From NCBI GenBank assembly GCA_951406725.2, contig OX597814.1:77004001-77068000 (forward strand): DNA of 64,000 nucleotides, given 5' to 3'. Shown here in pieces: positions 39,241 through 53,420 of this stretch (its first letter is position 1; every line of letters starts with the position of its first letter). This DNA comes from Octopus vulgaris. Lineage: Eukaryota. The translations under genes and the position numbers were made by a program. Under the pieces are notes generated by a model. The model ran no database searches, was not told the DNA's origin, and saw nothing but the letters and a program-made list of their open reading frames with translations.

Positions 39241-41640
39241 TGACTAATCACTCTAGCTACGTTCACAGTATTTCAGTCGAAAAAACTCTCCTCACAGACC
39301 ACGACATGGTACTCTACAATCTTAATTCCCGACATATAAAACCAAACCAGCCAATCCCACTCCATGGCACCCATTTGACAACATAAACTTCCACAAAGCG
39401 GACTGGGGAACAATCAGAAAGGATCTGTCTTCCATCGACTGGTCTTTTACTCTCAATTCCTCTCATATCGAGACCGCGTGGCAGCACTTTGAAAACATTG
39501 TCACCTATACATGCTCTAAACACGCTCCCAAGAAATATACTAACACAAACAGAAACCGGCTCCCTAAAAAGAAAAAAAACACTCATCAGGCGCATCAAAA
39601 GACTCAACAAAAAAATCAACCAATTAAAATATTCCCACACACAACATCCACATTCAACAACAATGAAAAGACTAGAGCTGGAAAAACTTCATCTGCAGAC
39701 CAACATGAAAACCTCCATTGAAAATCAAAGAGCTGTGGAGGAACAATGGGTAATCAAAAACATCAAACAGAACCCAAAAGTGTTCTATTCTTATGCAAAT
39801 AAGCATAGAACCACTGTCTCACCCATTGGCCATTGATTGATGATAACGGCATTCCCCAACACGATGCTAAAGAAATGGCAGAAATACTGCAGAAACAATA
39901 CTGCTCTGTCTTTAGTGTTCCCACTGATATTGACGTAAGGGAAACGAACGAAGTTGACTCTCAACACAAAATCTCAGACATAACCTTCACTGCCACCGAC
40001 ATCGTAGCAGCAATAAATGAGGTCAAACATTACTCTGCTGTAGGCCCTGATAGATTTCCCGCTAGTCTCCTGAAGGAATGTAGATACCAACTTGCAGTCC
40101 CTCTGACCAACCTCTGGAGAAATTCGTTAGACGCAGGTTATATACCGAAACAGTTTCTATCCCAGTCGGTCATCCCGGTTTTCAAACAGGAAAACAGATC
40201 CCTCGCAGTCAACTATCGCCCAATCTCACTCACCTCCCACATCATTAAAGTGTTTGAAAGAGTGTTAGGATCAAGGATAGCTGACTTCCTGGAGAGACAC
40301 AAACTCCTAAATGCAGATCAGCATGGCTTTCGCTGTGGCAGGGACTGTCTAACACAGCTCTTAAACCACATTGAAGATGTACTCAAAGCCTTGGGAACAG
40401 GTTCGAACTCTGACGTCATATATCTTGACTTCAGTAAAGCGTTCGACAGGGTAGACCATAACATCCTACTCTCAAAATTGGCAAACGTTGGAATCCGTGG
40501 AAAAGTTCTACACTGGATTAAGTATTTCCTGGCGAATAGAACACAACATGTTGTAGTTGATGGAGTCCACTCAAACCCAGCAAAAGTCACCAGCGGTGTT
40601 CCCCAGGGAACTGTTTTGGGTCCGCTACTCTTCATAATTTACGTAAACGACCTTTCCAGTGTCATACATTACTGCAAAGTGAAAATATTTGCTGATGACA
40701 CTAAGCTCCAGCAAATCGTCAATGAAGAAGGAGACCGAACTCAACTCCAGTCTGATCTATATGCTGTGAGTCAATGGGCAGACGGAAACAAAATGCAACT
40801 GAATGAGGAAAAATTCGAGCTGATGCATTTTGGAAGAAATTCCTCACTAAAACAACCATACTCTCTTCCTTCAGGGGAACCGCTCACAGCCTCTAACAAT
40901 ATCAGAGACCTGGGTGTAATTGTTGATGACGATCTCAGTTGGAGTGCACACATGAACAAGAAGGTCGATATAGCTCGTAGGATGAGTTCCTGGATCTTAA
41001 GATCTTTCCGGTCCATAGAACAAGGTGTCATCATACCACCTTTTTCCTCCTTTGTACGGCCACACCTTGAATACTGCTGCCCACTGTGGTCTCCTCACAC
41101 AAGACAAAACATCTCCAGAATTGAGTCACCCCAGAGGGCACTCACTAATCAAATTGAAGGCATGGCTGCTCTCGATTATTGGGATCGCCTTAAAGCCTTG
41201 AAACTTTACTCCCTCCATTTGTACGATGTGGAAAATATACCGCTAACTTTGTCCCAAACGACCTAAACATTAGCTTCAAGGTTCATCCAAGACTTGGACC
41301 ACGGGCTATACGTCCCCTGCCCAATTCAAGATCACAACATACATGTACACTGCAACATAATTTCTTTTCCTCAACAGGCCCTGCCCTATTTAACATTGTC
41401 CCGAGGGAGATCAAAGAGGAAAAGGATCCCATCAACTTTAAACAGAGTCTGGATAGATTCCTTCAAAGAATACCAGATAAGCCACCCATAATTGGATACA
41501 ACTCACCCAACAAGAACTCACTACTTGAACAAAACTTGACTTAAAAGGGATTCGAATAATCCTATCAGGTGGTGCTATTAAGTTAGACATGGCCTGGACC
41601 AATCTTTGGTCGAATCATATCTAAGTTTATCTAAGTTTAT
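39241..41640 (+). mobile_element. 5'-truncated CR1/L2/Jockey-group LINE with largely intact RT
   Basis: ORF 39833-41266 has GPD, NYRPISLTS, QHGFR, YLDFSKAFDRVDH, SGVPQGTVLGPLLF, FADD, RDLGV, VRPHLEYC..LWSP. Tandem tail (ATCTAAGTTT)2 at 41619-41640. Confidence 0.95.
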
Positions 41641-41646
41641 ATATTT

Positions 41647-41707
<61 letters not shown>

Positions 41708-41962
41708 TTGGGATATCCCAGAAACAGCTATAAGACTTTGAATTTGTCCAATAATGATAATAATGTATATGACTTCAGATGATTGCCTTGCCTTAACGTT
41801 TCTTGTCCTCTTTAACAATGGTATATCCGCTATATTGGAAATCTGCAATGACCTCGAAACTACCGTCTCGGCTATAACCTTGGAGCCCTAGTAATTTGTT
41901 GAAGCACTTACCTAGCGTACTTAATCGTCTAGATCAGCTCGTTTAGAGAAACTCCCATATTT

Positions 41963-42041
<79 letters not shown>

Positions 42042-42053
42042 GTGTGTGTGTGT

Positions 42054-42084
<31 letters not shown>

Positions 42085-42316
42085 CGCGTGTGTGTGTATA
42101 CTACGGGCCCAAATTTCGTTGGAAATATCAATCTCGAAATGTTTAAATTAATCACCAACCACATTAGCCACTCTGAGAAGGTCTGCGAATGTTAAGGGTG
42201 CAGTCACTTCTCTTTAGAATACACAAAATACTGAAAACGCGTGCATTTAAAATGTGAAAACTGGAATCATTGTTGTTTATAGGACAGTATCCTGTTTTGT
42301 TTCATTGTTTTCTTCT

Positions 42317-43215
42317 CCATCCATCCATCCAGCCAAATTTTCCAGCCATTAATCGTGGAAGGGTTGCAGAAGTAGATTCCTGGGGTATCTCTTCCATAAG
42401 GTCCTGTTAGAAGCAACCGCCGTTAGACCTTCCGGTTGACACCAGCCTCAACAATTGACACTATAGATATTATACAGCCATTTTTTTCCCTCGGTCTACC
42501 CCTACGCCTCTTGCCAGTTGGCGCGGCTTGAACACACCTCTTGCAAAGATCAACGGCTAATCAATCGTATGATCCTTGAGAACTGTCACAACAAGCGCAG
42601 AACACACCTCTTGCGATTATTTCCTGCAACATTCTAAACAGATCTGTCGTACTAGAGCTGTGACCTCTCAAGGCGGAGAAATAGAGGCTCGACCATGAAG
42701 TCCTTGCTAGTCAACCTTTCGTTTAATGTTACTTCGGAACCTTTCAAAGGAAACTCTTTTGTGATCACTTGTATTTGCGATTGTATTCTTGTGGTCATTA
42801 ACCGACATTCATGGCCATATATGAGGAAAGGCATGTAACACGAATTAAAGAAATTCAATTTGGTATTTTTGCTAACATTTCCTCTCTTCTGAGGATCGAT
42901 TGCTGGTGCTGGTGCATTCTGTGACAGTACCAGTAATTCTAACGTCCAGTTCAGCCTCCTGCCTTCCATAAATCGTGGAACTTCACCTAAACTTCTCCAC
43001 CTATCTCAAGGATATTCTATAAACAAAGAGAATGTGCTGGAAAGGCTGTTTTGAGATGACTAAAGCCTCAATCTTCACAGCACAAATTCTCATCCCTGTC
43101 TTGTAACACTCGTCCGCGAACCTATTAAATGCACGCTGGAGAACACCATTTTCTCTTTTGCTAATTTCAATTGCAGAATGCGATTCAGAAACGTAAGATA
43201 GTTGTACACACACGT
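42317..43215 (-). mobile_element. Decayed RTE-clade LINE 3' part with (GGAT)n tail
   Basis: Minus strand LQRAFNRFADEC..GMRI..VK, KTKL..FNS.YMP.LIYGHEC, VEPLFLRLERSQL, PTGKRRRGRPR. Plus strand (CCAT)n at about 42317-42330. Confidence 0.75.
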
Positions 43216-43697
43216 CAAACTCACTAGAGAGTAGAGGATCGAAGTATTTTTCTTATCGTCCCCAGTAAACTCAATTCATTTGCGATGCCAAATTTAATTT
43301 CGCTCATCTGACCACCAGAAACTTTTCGTAGAACCGACACTAGTGCTAACATGTCACCATTCTGAATATATCTTCAAGACACCAGTGTTGGACATCCTCA
43401 GTAGAGGCCAAAAGCACTGCCCTACCTCTAAGTTGTAACACGACAGACTTTAGGTTAGTCTGTCACTTAATACACGCTTCTAACTGACGTTCTTGCAAAA
43501 GAAAAGTTAAAATAAGTTAAATTTAAATTATAAGTGCACACCATAAAGAACAGAAAAAGATTAGATGTACCTTTTTAGCAACGGTATTAATGGCATATAA
43601 ATAAATTAACATCAAATAAATATATTGAGATTTCAGGTCTTATGCAAACGCATTTCGAGAACAGTATAATATTTTCTGCATTTTCTATTCGTTTCAG

Positions 43698-43876
43698 ATG
43701 AAGTTAAAGAAATTGCCAAGAAATCATGTACAGCAGAAAATGCTAAAGAGAATAACTTTTATTTCGCTCATCCAGAGAAAAATTACTTTATTCAATGTGA
43801 CCAGTGGGGTAATTACCATGTAATGCAGTGTGCACCGGGTACACAATGGTCACAAAGCGTCCTTAACTGCATTTAA
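43698..43876 (+). CDS. Terminal coding exon of a host gene: chitin-binding type-2 (peritrophin-A/CBM14-like) domain, 4-Cys variant
   Basis: Polypyrimidine acceptor ttttctattcgtttcAG at 43681-43697. Phase-1 exon reads (D)EVKEIAKKSCTAENAKENNFYFAHPEKNYFIQCDQWGNYHVMQCAPGTQWSQSVLNCI* (TAA 43874-43876), matching CT...YF.HP...FIQC..WG...M.C..GT.W....C. Upstream exons were not identified. Confidence 0.8.
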
Positions 43877-44071
43877 CCAACCAAGCCGACGACGAGTAAA
43901 TCCCCTAGTAACAATCCCTGTATGAAGGAGAAAATTGGCTTTGGTAATTTGTTTCCATTATTCAAATAAAAAATGTTCTTTATTCAATGTATCTCAGTTG
44001 GTATATACTTTGTAATGCCCTGTCGGCAAGGGTCATCGTGGTCAGAAAACTCGATGTCTTGTTCATGATAG
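43877..44071 (+). pseudogene. Decayed second chitin-binding domain, in frame after the stop codon
   Basis: Same frame: PTKPTTSKSPSNNPCMKEKIGFGNLFPLFK*KMFFIQCISVGIYFVMPCRQGSSWSENSMSCS**, with internal TAA at 43967-43969 and TGA TAG at 44066-44071. Confidence 0.75.
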
Positions 44072-45637
44072 ATAACGACGAATTACCTAATTGTAATCCT
44101 TTCCAAAATGCTATTTTCTGATCTTTCTAACATCTGAATAGGCGACTAGAAATGCCTGCTTTGTAAAACAATTGTGTGTACTGATTTTATAGTTTAAATT
44201 TAGCTTTGCGTTTTTCTAATGTGAAATGTTTCAAATATTGTTTTGGGTATATTTTACTATCGTAATATTTTGCCAGAGTGTTTTTCATTATTCTTTTTTT
44301 CTCATAACCGAAATATGATATGCTTTTGTTCATTCATGTAACTTTTGTCCTGCGTATTGTATAAAATTCCATAAGTAAATATGATCTTCACATGAAAAGT
44401 ATTATGGGGCTTATACATTATTACATACTTCGGAACTCTTAAAATATTTTCCGTCTATCTTCACAAAAATGTATTGTTGATGTCAAAACTTTTAAATATT
44501 GTATAATATATGTTTCTATGATATTTTCCTATATAATTTGTTATTGTTTTCGCTTTATATTTCTAATATGAATATATATATATATATATAAATAACTCGA
44601 TTAATATCTTTGGAATTTATTAGTAAAAGTCCATACAATTATATGTCTTTCAAAAGTTAGCGATGGTATCACAGAATTATATGTGTTGTAGCACCACAAT
44701 ATTTTCAACTTCCTCTTCGACCAAGGAGTAATACATTAATACTTCCTACCCGCAAATCTTAGCTTGTTTACCTTGGAATCTGTATGTTTATCTCAACTGC
44801 TTCTTCTCTCATTTACATTGATGTCTAGCTGTAAATGATGCCTAGCGATCCCAGTCAATCCAGCCGATTTCAAACATTTCTTTTCTGGTTTAGATTCGGT
44901 ATTTTCCTTATTCTATTGTCGGAGGAAACCTGTGCACATAAATTTTGCATACTCTCAAAGATGTTCAGATTGATGCAACAGTTGCTCACTTTGAATTTCT
45001 CTATGCCGGCGGCTATGGGGAATAGTAGTAAATCGACTATGGAATCTCTACGTAATCTTAAAACTTATCGGAAATAGCAGAGAAAACCAGAAATTTTGGT
45101 TTGGGTCACCAGTTATATTTGGCTGGAAGTAATAAGCAGATTGCTTGTTAAGGGAAACAAAAGTTATTATACAACAGTAGAGGGGGAAAGGAAACAGTTA
45201 GTGTCTGTGATAAATAGTGTACTGGTGAGTAAGTTATTGCTAAAGAGATGTAGACTACGGTGGTCTATGTGTAACAATATTTCTAACTCAATATTGTGAG
45301 TCACACTTGAGTGCACAACTATCATGCTCGAAAAGCTTTGTGGACCCAGAATAGAGTGAATAAATAAATACATATATGCTGTATACTTATGTGTATACAC
45401 GCACACACGCACACACACACTCACACATACATATATATATTTTATATATATGAAGGATGAGTAGAGATGGCTTTTTGGAGTATAATTTTTATTTTAGTAA
45501 TAATGTTTACAGTGAATTACTCTGTAATGAATTTCAAGCTTAAAATAGCCGTTTTCAAACTAAAAAATGTTTTACTAGTTGCTTAAATAGCAAAAAAAAT
45601 TTAAATAGCAATATATATACATTTAAAAAAAGCATAT

Positions 45638-45776
45638 GAAGAAGAAGAAGAAGAAGAAGAAGAAGAAGAAGAAGAAGAAGAAGAAGAAGAAGAAGAAGAA
45701 GAAGAAGAAGAAGAAGAAGAAGAAGAAGAAGAAGAAGAAGAAGAAGAAGAAGAAGAAGAAGAAGAAGAAGAAGAAG

Positions 45777-45806
<30 letters not shown>
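45638..45806. repeat. Perfect (GAA)n microsatellite, about 56 units
   Basis: Direct inspection. Source of the poly-K/L/S ORFs. Confidence 0.98.
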
Positions 45807-45807
<1 letters not shown>

Positions 45808-45990
45808 GGGAGACAGAGAGAAAAATATATTGCAGGAAACAAAATTCGACATACCGAGAAAGTTAAAAGATATTGTATTTGAAATACATATTACTGACTC
45901 GCAGGAAAGTGTCATCACCTATTCTGCAAGAAACCTAAGAGAATATGTATATATATATATATAGATAGATAGATAGATAGATATATATAT

Positions 45991-46125
<135 letters not shown>

Positions 46126-47129
46126 AAGAAAAAATATTGTGTAACCAAATAAAGAATCAATATACCATAGTAGCTTTTATTTAACCTGCATAGATTATTA
46201 AGAAACTTTATAATATAAATAAATTTGAATAAAGTGAAATTAGAATTTTTTGATACTTGCAAAAATTCTATATATCTAGGGAATTTATTTAGTCCATCTT
46301 GATTACCTCTCTTCTATTACTTTTTAATATATCTTATAGACTCTTGATATATGTGCTAATTGATACGGTTTTCTTCTTTTTTTTTTAAAGTTAGTAAATA
46401 TTATGTCAAGCATATTCGTTTAATTTAACTCATTAAGAAAATAAATCACTATTTACTAACTAACTATGTATCTATATTAATAGAAATGGATACATATATA
46501 TATTTATATAAATATGAAATGATTTCTATATTTTCTATCCCTATATAAGATACTAACATTTATTGGAATGCTTTGGAAAAACTATCTAAAGGATATTTAT
46601 TTAAAATTCACAAGCGAAATTATGGCTGTTGAATGGTAAGGGACATTAGAAATCTCAAGAGCATTAGTAGTCTCTATTCTCCCTACCCCACTAGCTTCAG
46701 CCTACTAACTTTTGCTAAAATACATTCAAATATGCCTAAGTTAAATTCCTCAAAATGAGGATGGATTTATGGCTTTGACATTCGTACTATTCCTTCTTTC
46801 TATAAATAGAAAATATTCTTGTTTGTCTCCATTGAATTAAATGAAGAAACCCCCTCCCCATTGGTAGATCTAAATAACAAAGTGAACTCAATGATAAAAA
46901 ATCTACAGATGGGGAAGGTCATTCTACTACCATGTTCTTAATGATGAAATTAACCTCTCTGTTTATATATCAACCCTCTTTGTAATGTTGGCAAATGAAA
47001 TAAGTATATAAATGTACATTGTCCATTTAATTAAAATATTCCATATGTGGCTGAAGATTGCTCGACATTTTGAAACCGATGTAATACTTACAGTGTTTAA
47101 TAAAATGAAGTAGCATGAAACGATTGTAC

Positions 47130-48262
47130 AACACTACCTTGGAAAAGACAAGAGAATACCAAAAGAAGCTGTACATGTGTTTCATCGATTACTCCAAAGC
47201 CTTTGACAGCATTGATCATTTCAAGTTATCAAATGTCTGGAGGAAATGGGAACACCTTTACACCTTGTCCAGCTTATTAGATCACTCTATCAAAACCAAG
47301 AGGCTACAGTACGGACATCATATTGCGACACTGATTGGTTTGAGATTGGAAAAGGCACTCGGCAAGGTTGCATCCTGTCACCAGCAGCCTTCAACATGTG
47401 CGCTGAAAAGGTCATGAGGAATGCAGGCCTGGAGGATAGCAGCATTGGAGTGAGGATTGGAGGAAGAAATATTAATAACCTTCGCTATGCAGATGATACA
47501 ACTCTGCTGGCGGAGAGTGGTAAGGATCTGGAGGATCTTGTCCTACTGATCAAGAAAGAGAGTGAGAGATTTGGGCTGTACCTCAATGTTAAGAAAACGA
47601 AGATCATGTCAACAACAGCCACAACAAACATCAGCATCAACATCGATAATGAAGAGATCGACGTGGTTGATGATTTCATAATTCCTTGGCTCCAAAATAA
47701 ATCGAGATGGTGACTGCACTAGTGGGGTAGGGAGAGTACTAGGCAGAGAGGCAATGGTCAGCATGGGCAGGGTGGGTCTGGAAGAGTAGAGACATCAGAC
47801 TCACTACCAAATGCAGATTGGTGAATGCAATTGTCTTCCCAATAGCAACATATAGATGCCAGATCTGGACACTAAAGAAAGCTGACCAGAAGAGAATTAA
47901 TGCATTCGAGCTTTGGTGTTGGAGAAGACTTTTACAGATTCCATGGACAGCGAGGCTCACCAATGGTGAAGTTCTTAAGCAGATCAACCGAAAATGTCGC
48001 TAGAAGCTAGGATCACCAAGCATACATTGGCATATTTCGGTCATATTATGCGGAGAAAATCACTGGAGAAGGACATCATGCTCGGAATGGTCAGTGGCAA
48101 GAGAGGAAGAGGCCGATCAAGAACCCGCTGGCTTGACACCATCAAGAGTGATACCGGAATGGACATAGCCAATCTGAAAGAAGCGGCCCAGGATAGAACT
48201 TACTGGAGGACACTGATCCAACGAGTAACCGAGAGTCGACTTCGACTGAGCGGATAGATAGA
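47130..48262 (+). mobile_element. 5'-truncated RTE (BovB-like) LINE: RT and C-terminus
   Basis: EKTREYQKKLYMCFIDYSKAFDSIDH, GTRQGCILSP..FN, INNLRYADDTTL, LNVKKTKIM, AFELWCWRRLL.IPW, YFGHIMR, GKRGRGRSRTRWLD. A few frameshifts and a GATA-type tail. Confidence 0.95.
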
Positions 48263-48303
48263 CCTAGGATATCGTTGTTACTTATTTTGAGTATATATAT
48301 TTA

Positions 48304-48786
48304 TCTCTTATTATAAAAGGCAGATTTTATCTGCCTCCCTTTGTCTCTTATAGAAATCTACAATATAGGATTTCTTCAATTACAATTTACCTAGCATTTT
48401 TAAGAGTAGAATAAATCGGGTCGTGCCAGGTCCAGTTTTTAAAATTTCAACCCCAATTAAGGAAAATTTAGAGAAAACTCACATTGTGGTGTATAAGTCA
48501 AGTGCTTTTCTTAGTGTGGGCTACAGCACACACACACGCACACACACACAAACGGAGCGAACTGTTTCACTGACGCTATCATCCTAATTTCTCCTCTTTT
48601 CTCTTTGCAAGTGTGCAACGATTAAAGTGAAAGTAATTCACTTTTTGTAGTGAGTGACTCTTTCACTCTGCATTCCCACTTCCTCTTTACACACATAGAC
48701 ACGCAAATATATAAATAAAATTGTAAGCTAACGTGTGTGTGTGTGTGCGTGTGTGTGAGTGTGTGTGTGCGTGTGTGTGTGTGAGG

Positions 48787-48836
<50 letters not shown>

Positions 48837-50381
48837 GTGTGTGAGTGTGTGACAGGAAAGTTTTTTAGGACGAATATAAGACCTAAAATATATCCAAGTA
48901 GCAGAAAGATCGCCCAAAAGTGTATATAGATATTTAAATGTATTTATATATTCATCTATACACAGATGTATGTATAATGTGTGTGTATATATTTCCATAG
49001 GGGTAACCTTTCACTCCATACAAAGTTTTTTAGGACGAATATAAGGTCTAAAGTATATACAAGTAGCAGAAAGTTCGCCCAAAATGTATATAGATATTTA
49101 AATGTATTTATATATTCATCTATACACAGATGTATGTATAATGTGTGTGTATATATTTCCATAGACGTAACCATTCACTCCGCACAAAGTTTTTTAGGAC
49201 GAAAATAAGAACTAAAGTTATCTCTAAGTAGCACAAAGATCGCCCAAAAGTGTATATAAATATATAAATGTATCTATATATTCACCTATGCACACATGTA
49301 TGTATAACGTGTGTGTATATATTTCCATAGAGGTGACCATTCACTCCATACAAAGTTTTTTAGGACGAAAATAAGATCTAAAGTTATCTCTAAGAAACAG
49401 AAAGATCGCCCAAAAGTGTATATAGATATTTAAATGTATTTATATATTCCTCTATACACACATGTATGTATAATGTGCGTGTATATATTTCCATAGAGGT
49501 AACCATTCAATCCATACAAAGTTTTTTAGGACGAAAATATTTATATATAAAAGAAAGGTTGTGTGTCTGTCTACTCCGATTTAGATTCCTAACTACTCCC
49601 ACATTTTGCGATGCAGTTTAACCAAAACCGGGTATCTTATAGTCGTGATTCATATCGAGCCCTTCTGGGCACTAGCGCGCGTCTACGATGAGTCTACGAT
49701 TTTACAAATAATTTACCATCATTTTTTCCATTTTAATGCATATTTTTTTAATAAAGGGAAGTAACTCTCAAACTTCACACCAATATGCGTGCTCATATGC
49801 GACGTAATATCACATCAGCAGCATTTCCTCACACCCTCCTTGCACTTGGTGAAGGCAAAATACCAGGGGATGAAAATGGTAATATTGCCATCGATTCCAT
49901 TTGTACCATTGTTAAGACGTCTTCTGATCTCAGAGATGCAGTGTTCCCAGATCTACAAGCTAATTATCAGAATATAGATTGGATTGGCAAAAAGGCTATA
50001 CTGGTCCCGAGGAATAAAACTGTTCACCATATTAGTGATGAAATGCTAAAACTCATTCCTGAGGAAGTCTATGTATATCAGTCTATCGATGCAACTCCTG
50101 ACCCAGAGGACGTCATCAACTATCCAATAGAGGTACTCAATTCCTTTGAGCACCCGGGACTACCACCACACTTTCTCAAACGTAAAGCTGGTGCCCCTAT
50201 GATGCTCATCAGAAATTTGGTTCCCCCAAAAAATGCAATGGCACACGTTTGATCGTTAAGGCCTTATCTCCCACCGTAAACTTATATAAATATTTGCCTG
50301 AATAATCATCATAATTCAGTGCAATCATTAACAGTACTTTCAAGCAATTCAGCCCCGAGCAACGCCGGGCAATTCTGCTAG
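48304..50381 (+). mobile_element. Internally deleted or composite Helitron with PIF1-type helicase remnant and minisatellite
   Basis: A|TC 5' end at 48304. 3' hairpin cccgagcaacgccggg and CTAG|T at 50378-50381. ORF 49785-50252 (NMRAH..F...LL.LGEG, W...AIL.PRN, S.D, YPIE.LNS....[17 protein letters not shown], then CNGTRL in the next frame) matches the Helitron RepHel helicase. Confidence 0.9.
48858..49540. repeat. Minisatellite, about 165-bp unit, about 4 copies
   Basis: Anchor aagttttttaggacgaa recurs at about 48858, 49023, 49187, 49353 and 49519. Confidence 0.93.
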
Positions 50382-50416
50382 TATATATATATATATAGAT
50401 AAATATAAATATACAT

Positions 50417-50516
<100 letters not shown>

Positions 50517-50769
50517 ATATATATATATAAGTATGTATATATATGAATGTGTATGTATATGTATATATACATATAAAAGTAAAATATATATAAACATATA
50601 AATATATATATATATATATACATCTGTATACATATATATACATATATATATATACATTTATATATACATGCATGAATACATATACATGTAAATGTATATA
50701 TACATCTATATATATATACACATGTATATATATATACATGTATATATATCTATATATACACACACGCAC

Positions 50770-50800
<31 letters not shown>

Positions 50801-51410
50801 TATACAGAGAGAGAGAGAGATAAAACTTACTTGGAAATGGATGCGGAGCGTTCAATTATATAGTAATATAATAAATAATATATAAATATATATGCATATA
50901 CATATATGTACATACTTACATATATATGTATATAAACATGCATATGTGGGCACAGGACACCACGAACGTAAACAACATGAAATACGAAATATGAAAATAT
51001 GGAATACGAATTTTTTGGCGAACAGCAAAAGAAACAAATGGAAAACAAGACAAGTAACATTAAAATACGACCCTTCATCAGTTGTCGGCTGTTTTTCTAC
51101 TTCGTATTTCGAGCAATTCATGACAAGATACGTTTTCGAAAAAGCAGTTGCTCCCGCGAAGCAAATTGAATAAAATTTGGGATTTTGCGGATGGTCAAAG
51201 CTGGTAACAAAAACAGGACAGTGAAAACAAACAGGAATGGATGTTAAGCCTGAACGAGGTGTGTTGGTGAAAGCGGAGGAACAAGCTCTGACAGAAGACA
51301 GACAAAAATGCGTCTTGTCCCTGCGGCTGATCAGAAAGAAAGAAAGAAATTCAAGTTAGGAAAAGAAAGAAGACCGATGTTCAAACATATATATATCGTT
51401 AGCTACCACA

Positions 51411-51577
51411 CACATTTTTTTCTCTCCTTGATTCTCTCCTTGTTTTTTGTGTCCCTTTCTGTAGAAGAGCGTAGGCTCGAAACGTAAAAGACTTTTTCTA
51501 TTCCTGAGCGTTATACTAATACATCTGTTTGTTTTGTACACCACCTGTCTTCTTCTTTTGTTTTTTTCGTAAACTCT

Positions 51578-51581
<4 letters not shown>
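51411..51581 (+). mobile_element. Penelope-type terminal repeat with minimal hammerhead (51455-51490)
   Basis: CTTT CTGTAGA A GAGC gtag GCTC GAAA CG TA AAAG. Same family as 27003-27186. Confidence 0.78.
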
Positions 51582-51626
<45 letters not shown>

Positions 51627-51627
<1 letters not shown>

Positions 51628-51870
51628 TAGCAGAGATACCCGGCGTTTCTCGGGATTAAATGGCATAGGTTTTTATTGTTTTACTTGTTTCGGTCATGTG
51701 ACTGAGTACATGCTGGAGCAATGCCTTTAGTTGAAGAAACTGACCCCAGGATTTATTCTATCAGACTGTTTTGCCACATGGCTAAGTTATGGGGACGTGA
51801 ACACAGCAACGTCGGTTGTCAAGCGATGGTAGGGGGTACAAACACAGACAAACACACACGCACACACATA
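51627..51870 (-). mobile_element. SINE 3' half fused to a Helitron-type 3' terminus (second copy)
   Basis: Reverse complement reads ...accgaaacaagtaaaacaataaaaacctatgccatttaatcccgagaaacgccgggtatctctgCTAG, homologous across the junction to 13555-13623. Confidence 0.7.
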
Positions 51871-52033
51871 TATATATAACAACATTGTATACGACATGAG
51901 ATGTTTTCCGTGCCTTATACATATAACAAAGTGGATTTGTAAGGTACCACTCGAGTGAAATTATATATGAAAGAAGGTTTGAAAATGCAATTTTAAGAGA
52001 TGTTTATTTACTTGACCGGTTTCACTATATATG

Positions 52034-52701
<668 letters not shown>

Positions 52702-52868
52702 ACAAAATAAGCAACAAGGATATCCAGAGGTTATGCAGTACGACCGTTTCATGGAACTCCATTTAATTGAACAATGCAATCATTACATCAATTTAAAATG
52801 CAGAGCAATCTTCAGCTTCCCAAAGACAGAATTCAATTAAATTAGACCAGATGGACACATTAGTATAA

Positions 52869-53310
52869 TCTATATATATATATATATAACTGAGAATGTC
52901 TGTCTGTGTCTGTGAATCCCTAACACTTGAGACCTACAAAACCAATTTCATTCAAATTTTATACATGCCTTACTTAGGGTCGAAGGAGTGTCACGAGCAA
53001 AGCAAACTTTTCACTTTTTGCCAAGGGTGAGCCCACAGCAATATCATATCTTCTCCACTATTTCAGTATTACGTGTTAAAAGTGAAACAAAAACATCTCT
53101 CTATTGTAATATCAGGTACTTTCACTTTAATACTGAAACTATTAAAGTCAAACTATTATATCAGAGGGATGAACCATTAACAGAGGACATCCATTTTGCT
53201 GGAAGAACATCCGCTATGGTCTTATATGCTACACCACTAGTTTTCAATTCATATTAAACAACTTAATACTCAATTTCTCACCCTTATTTTAAATTTAAAT
53301 TTAAATTTAA
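52869..53310 (+). mobile_element. Helitron-like 5' segment, paralog of 16031-16437
   Basis: A|TCTATATA..ACTGAGAATG start and a colinear match over about 400 bp. Confidence 0.75.
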
Positions 53311-53372
53311 ACCCAGGACCATGTGTTTTGGGACGAAGTTTGTTACCACACAGCCACACCTGCACCTATATA

Positions 53373-53420
<48 letters not shown>

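Noticed and set aside
45555-45918. Poly-K, poly-L and poly-S ORFs
   Set aside because: All three come from one (GAA)n microsatellite.
48858-49540. Regularly spaced repeats as a CRISPR-like array
   Set aside because: Whole units are repeated with no unique spacers, the context is eukaryotic and there are no cas genes. This is a minisatellite.
49785-50280. Host PIF1 helicase gene
   Set aside because: It is a frameshifted fragment enclosed by Helitron termini.
51060-51085. CTGATGA/CTGACGA/CTGAAGA boxes on the minus strand here and at about 15170 and 14730 as hammerheads
   Set aside because: No properly placed stem II-GAAA-stem III partner was found by eye.
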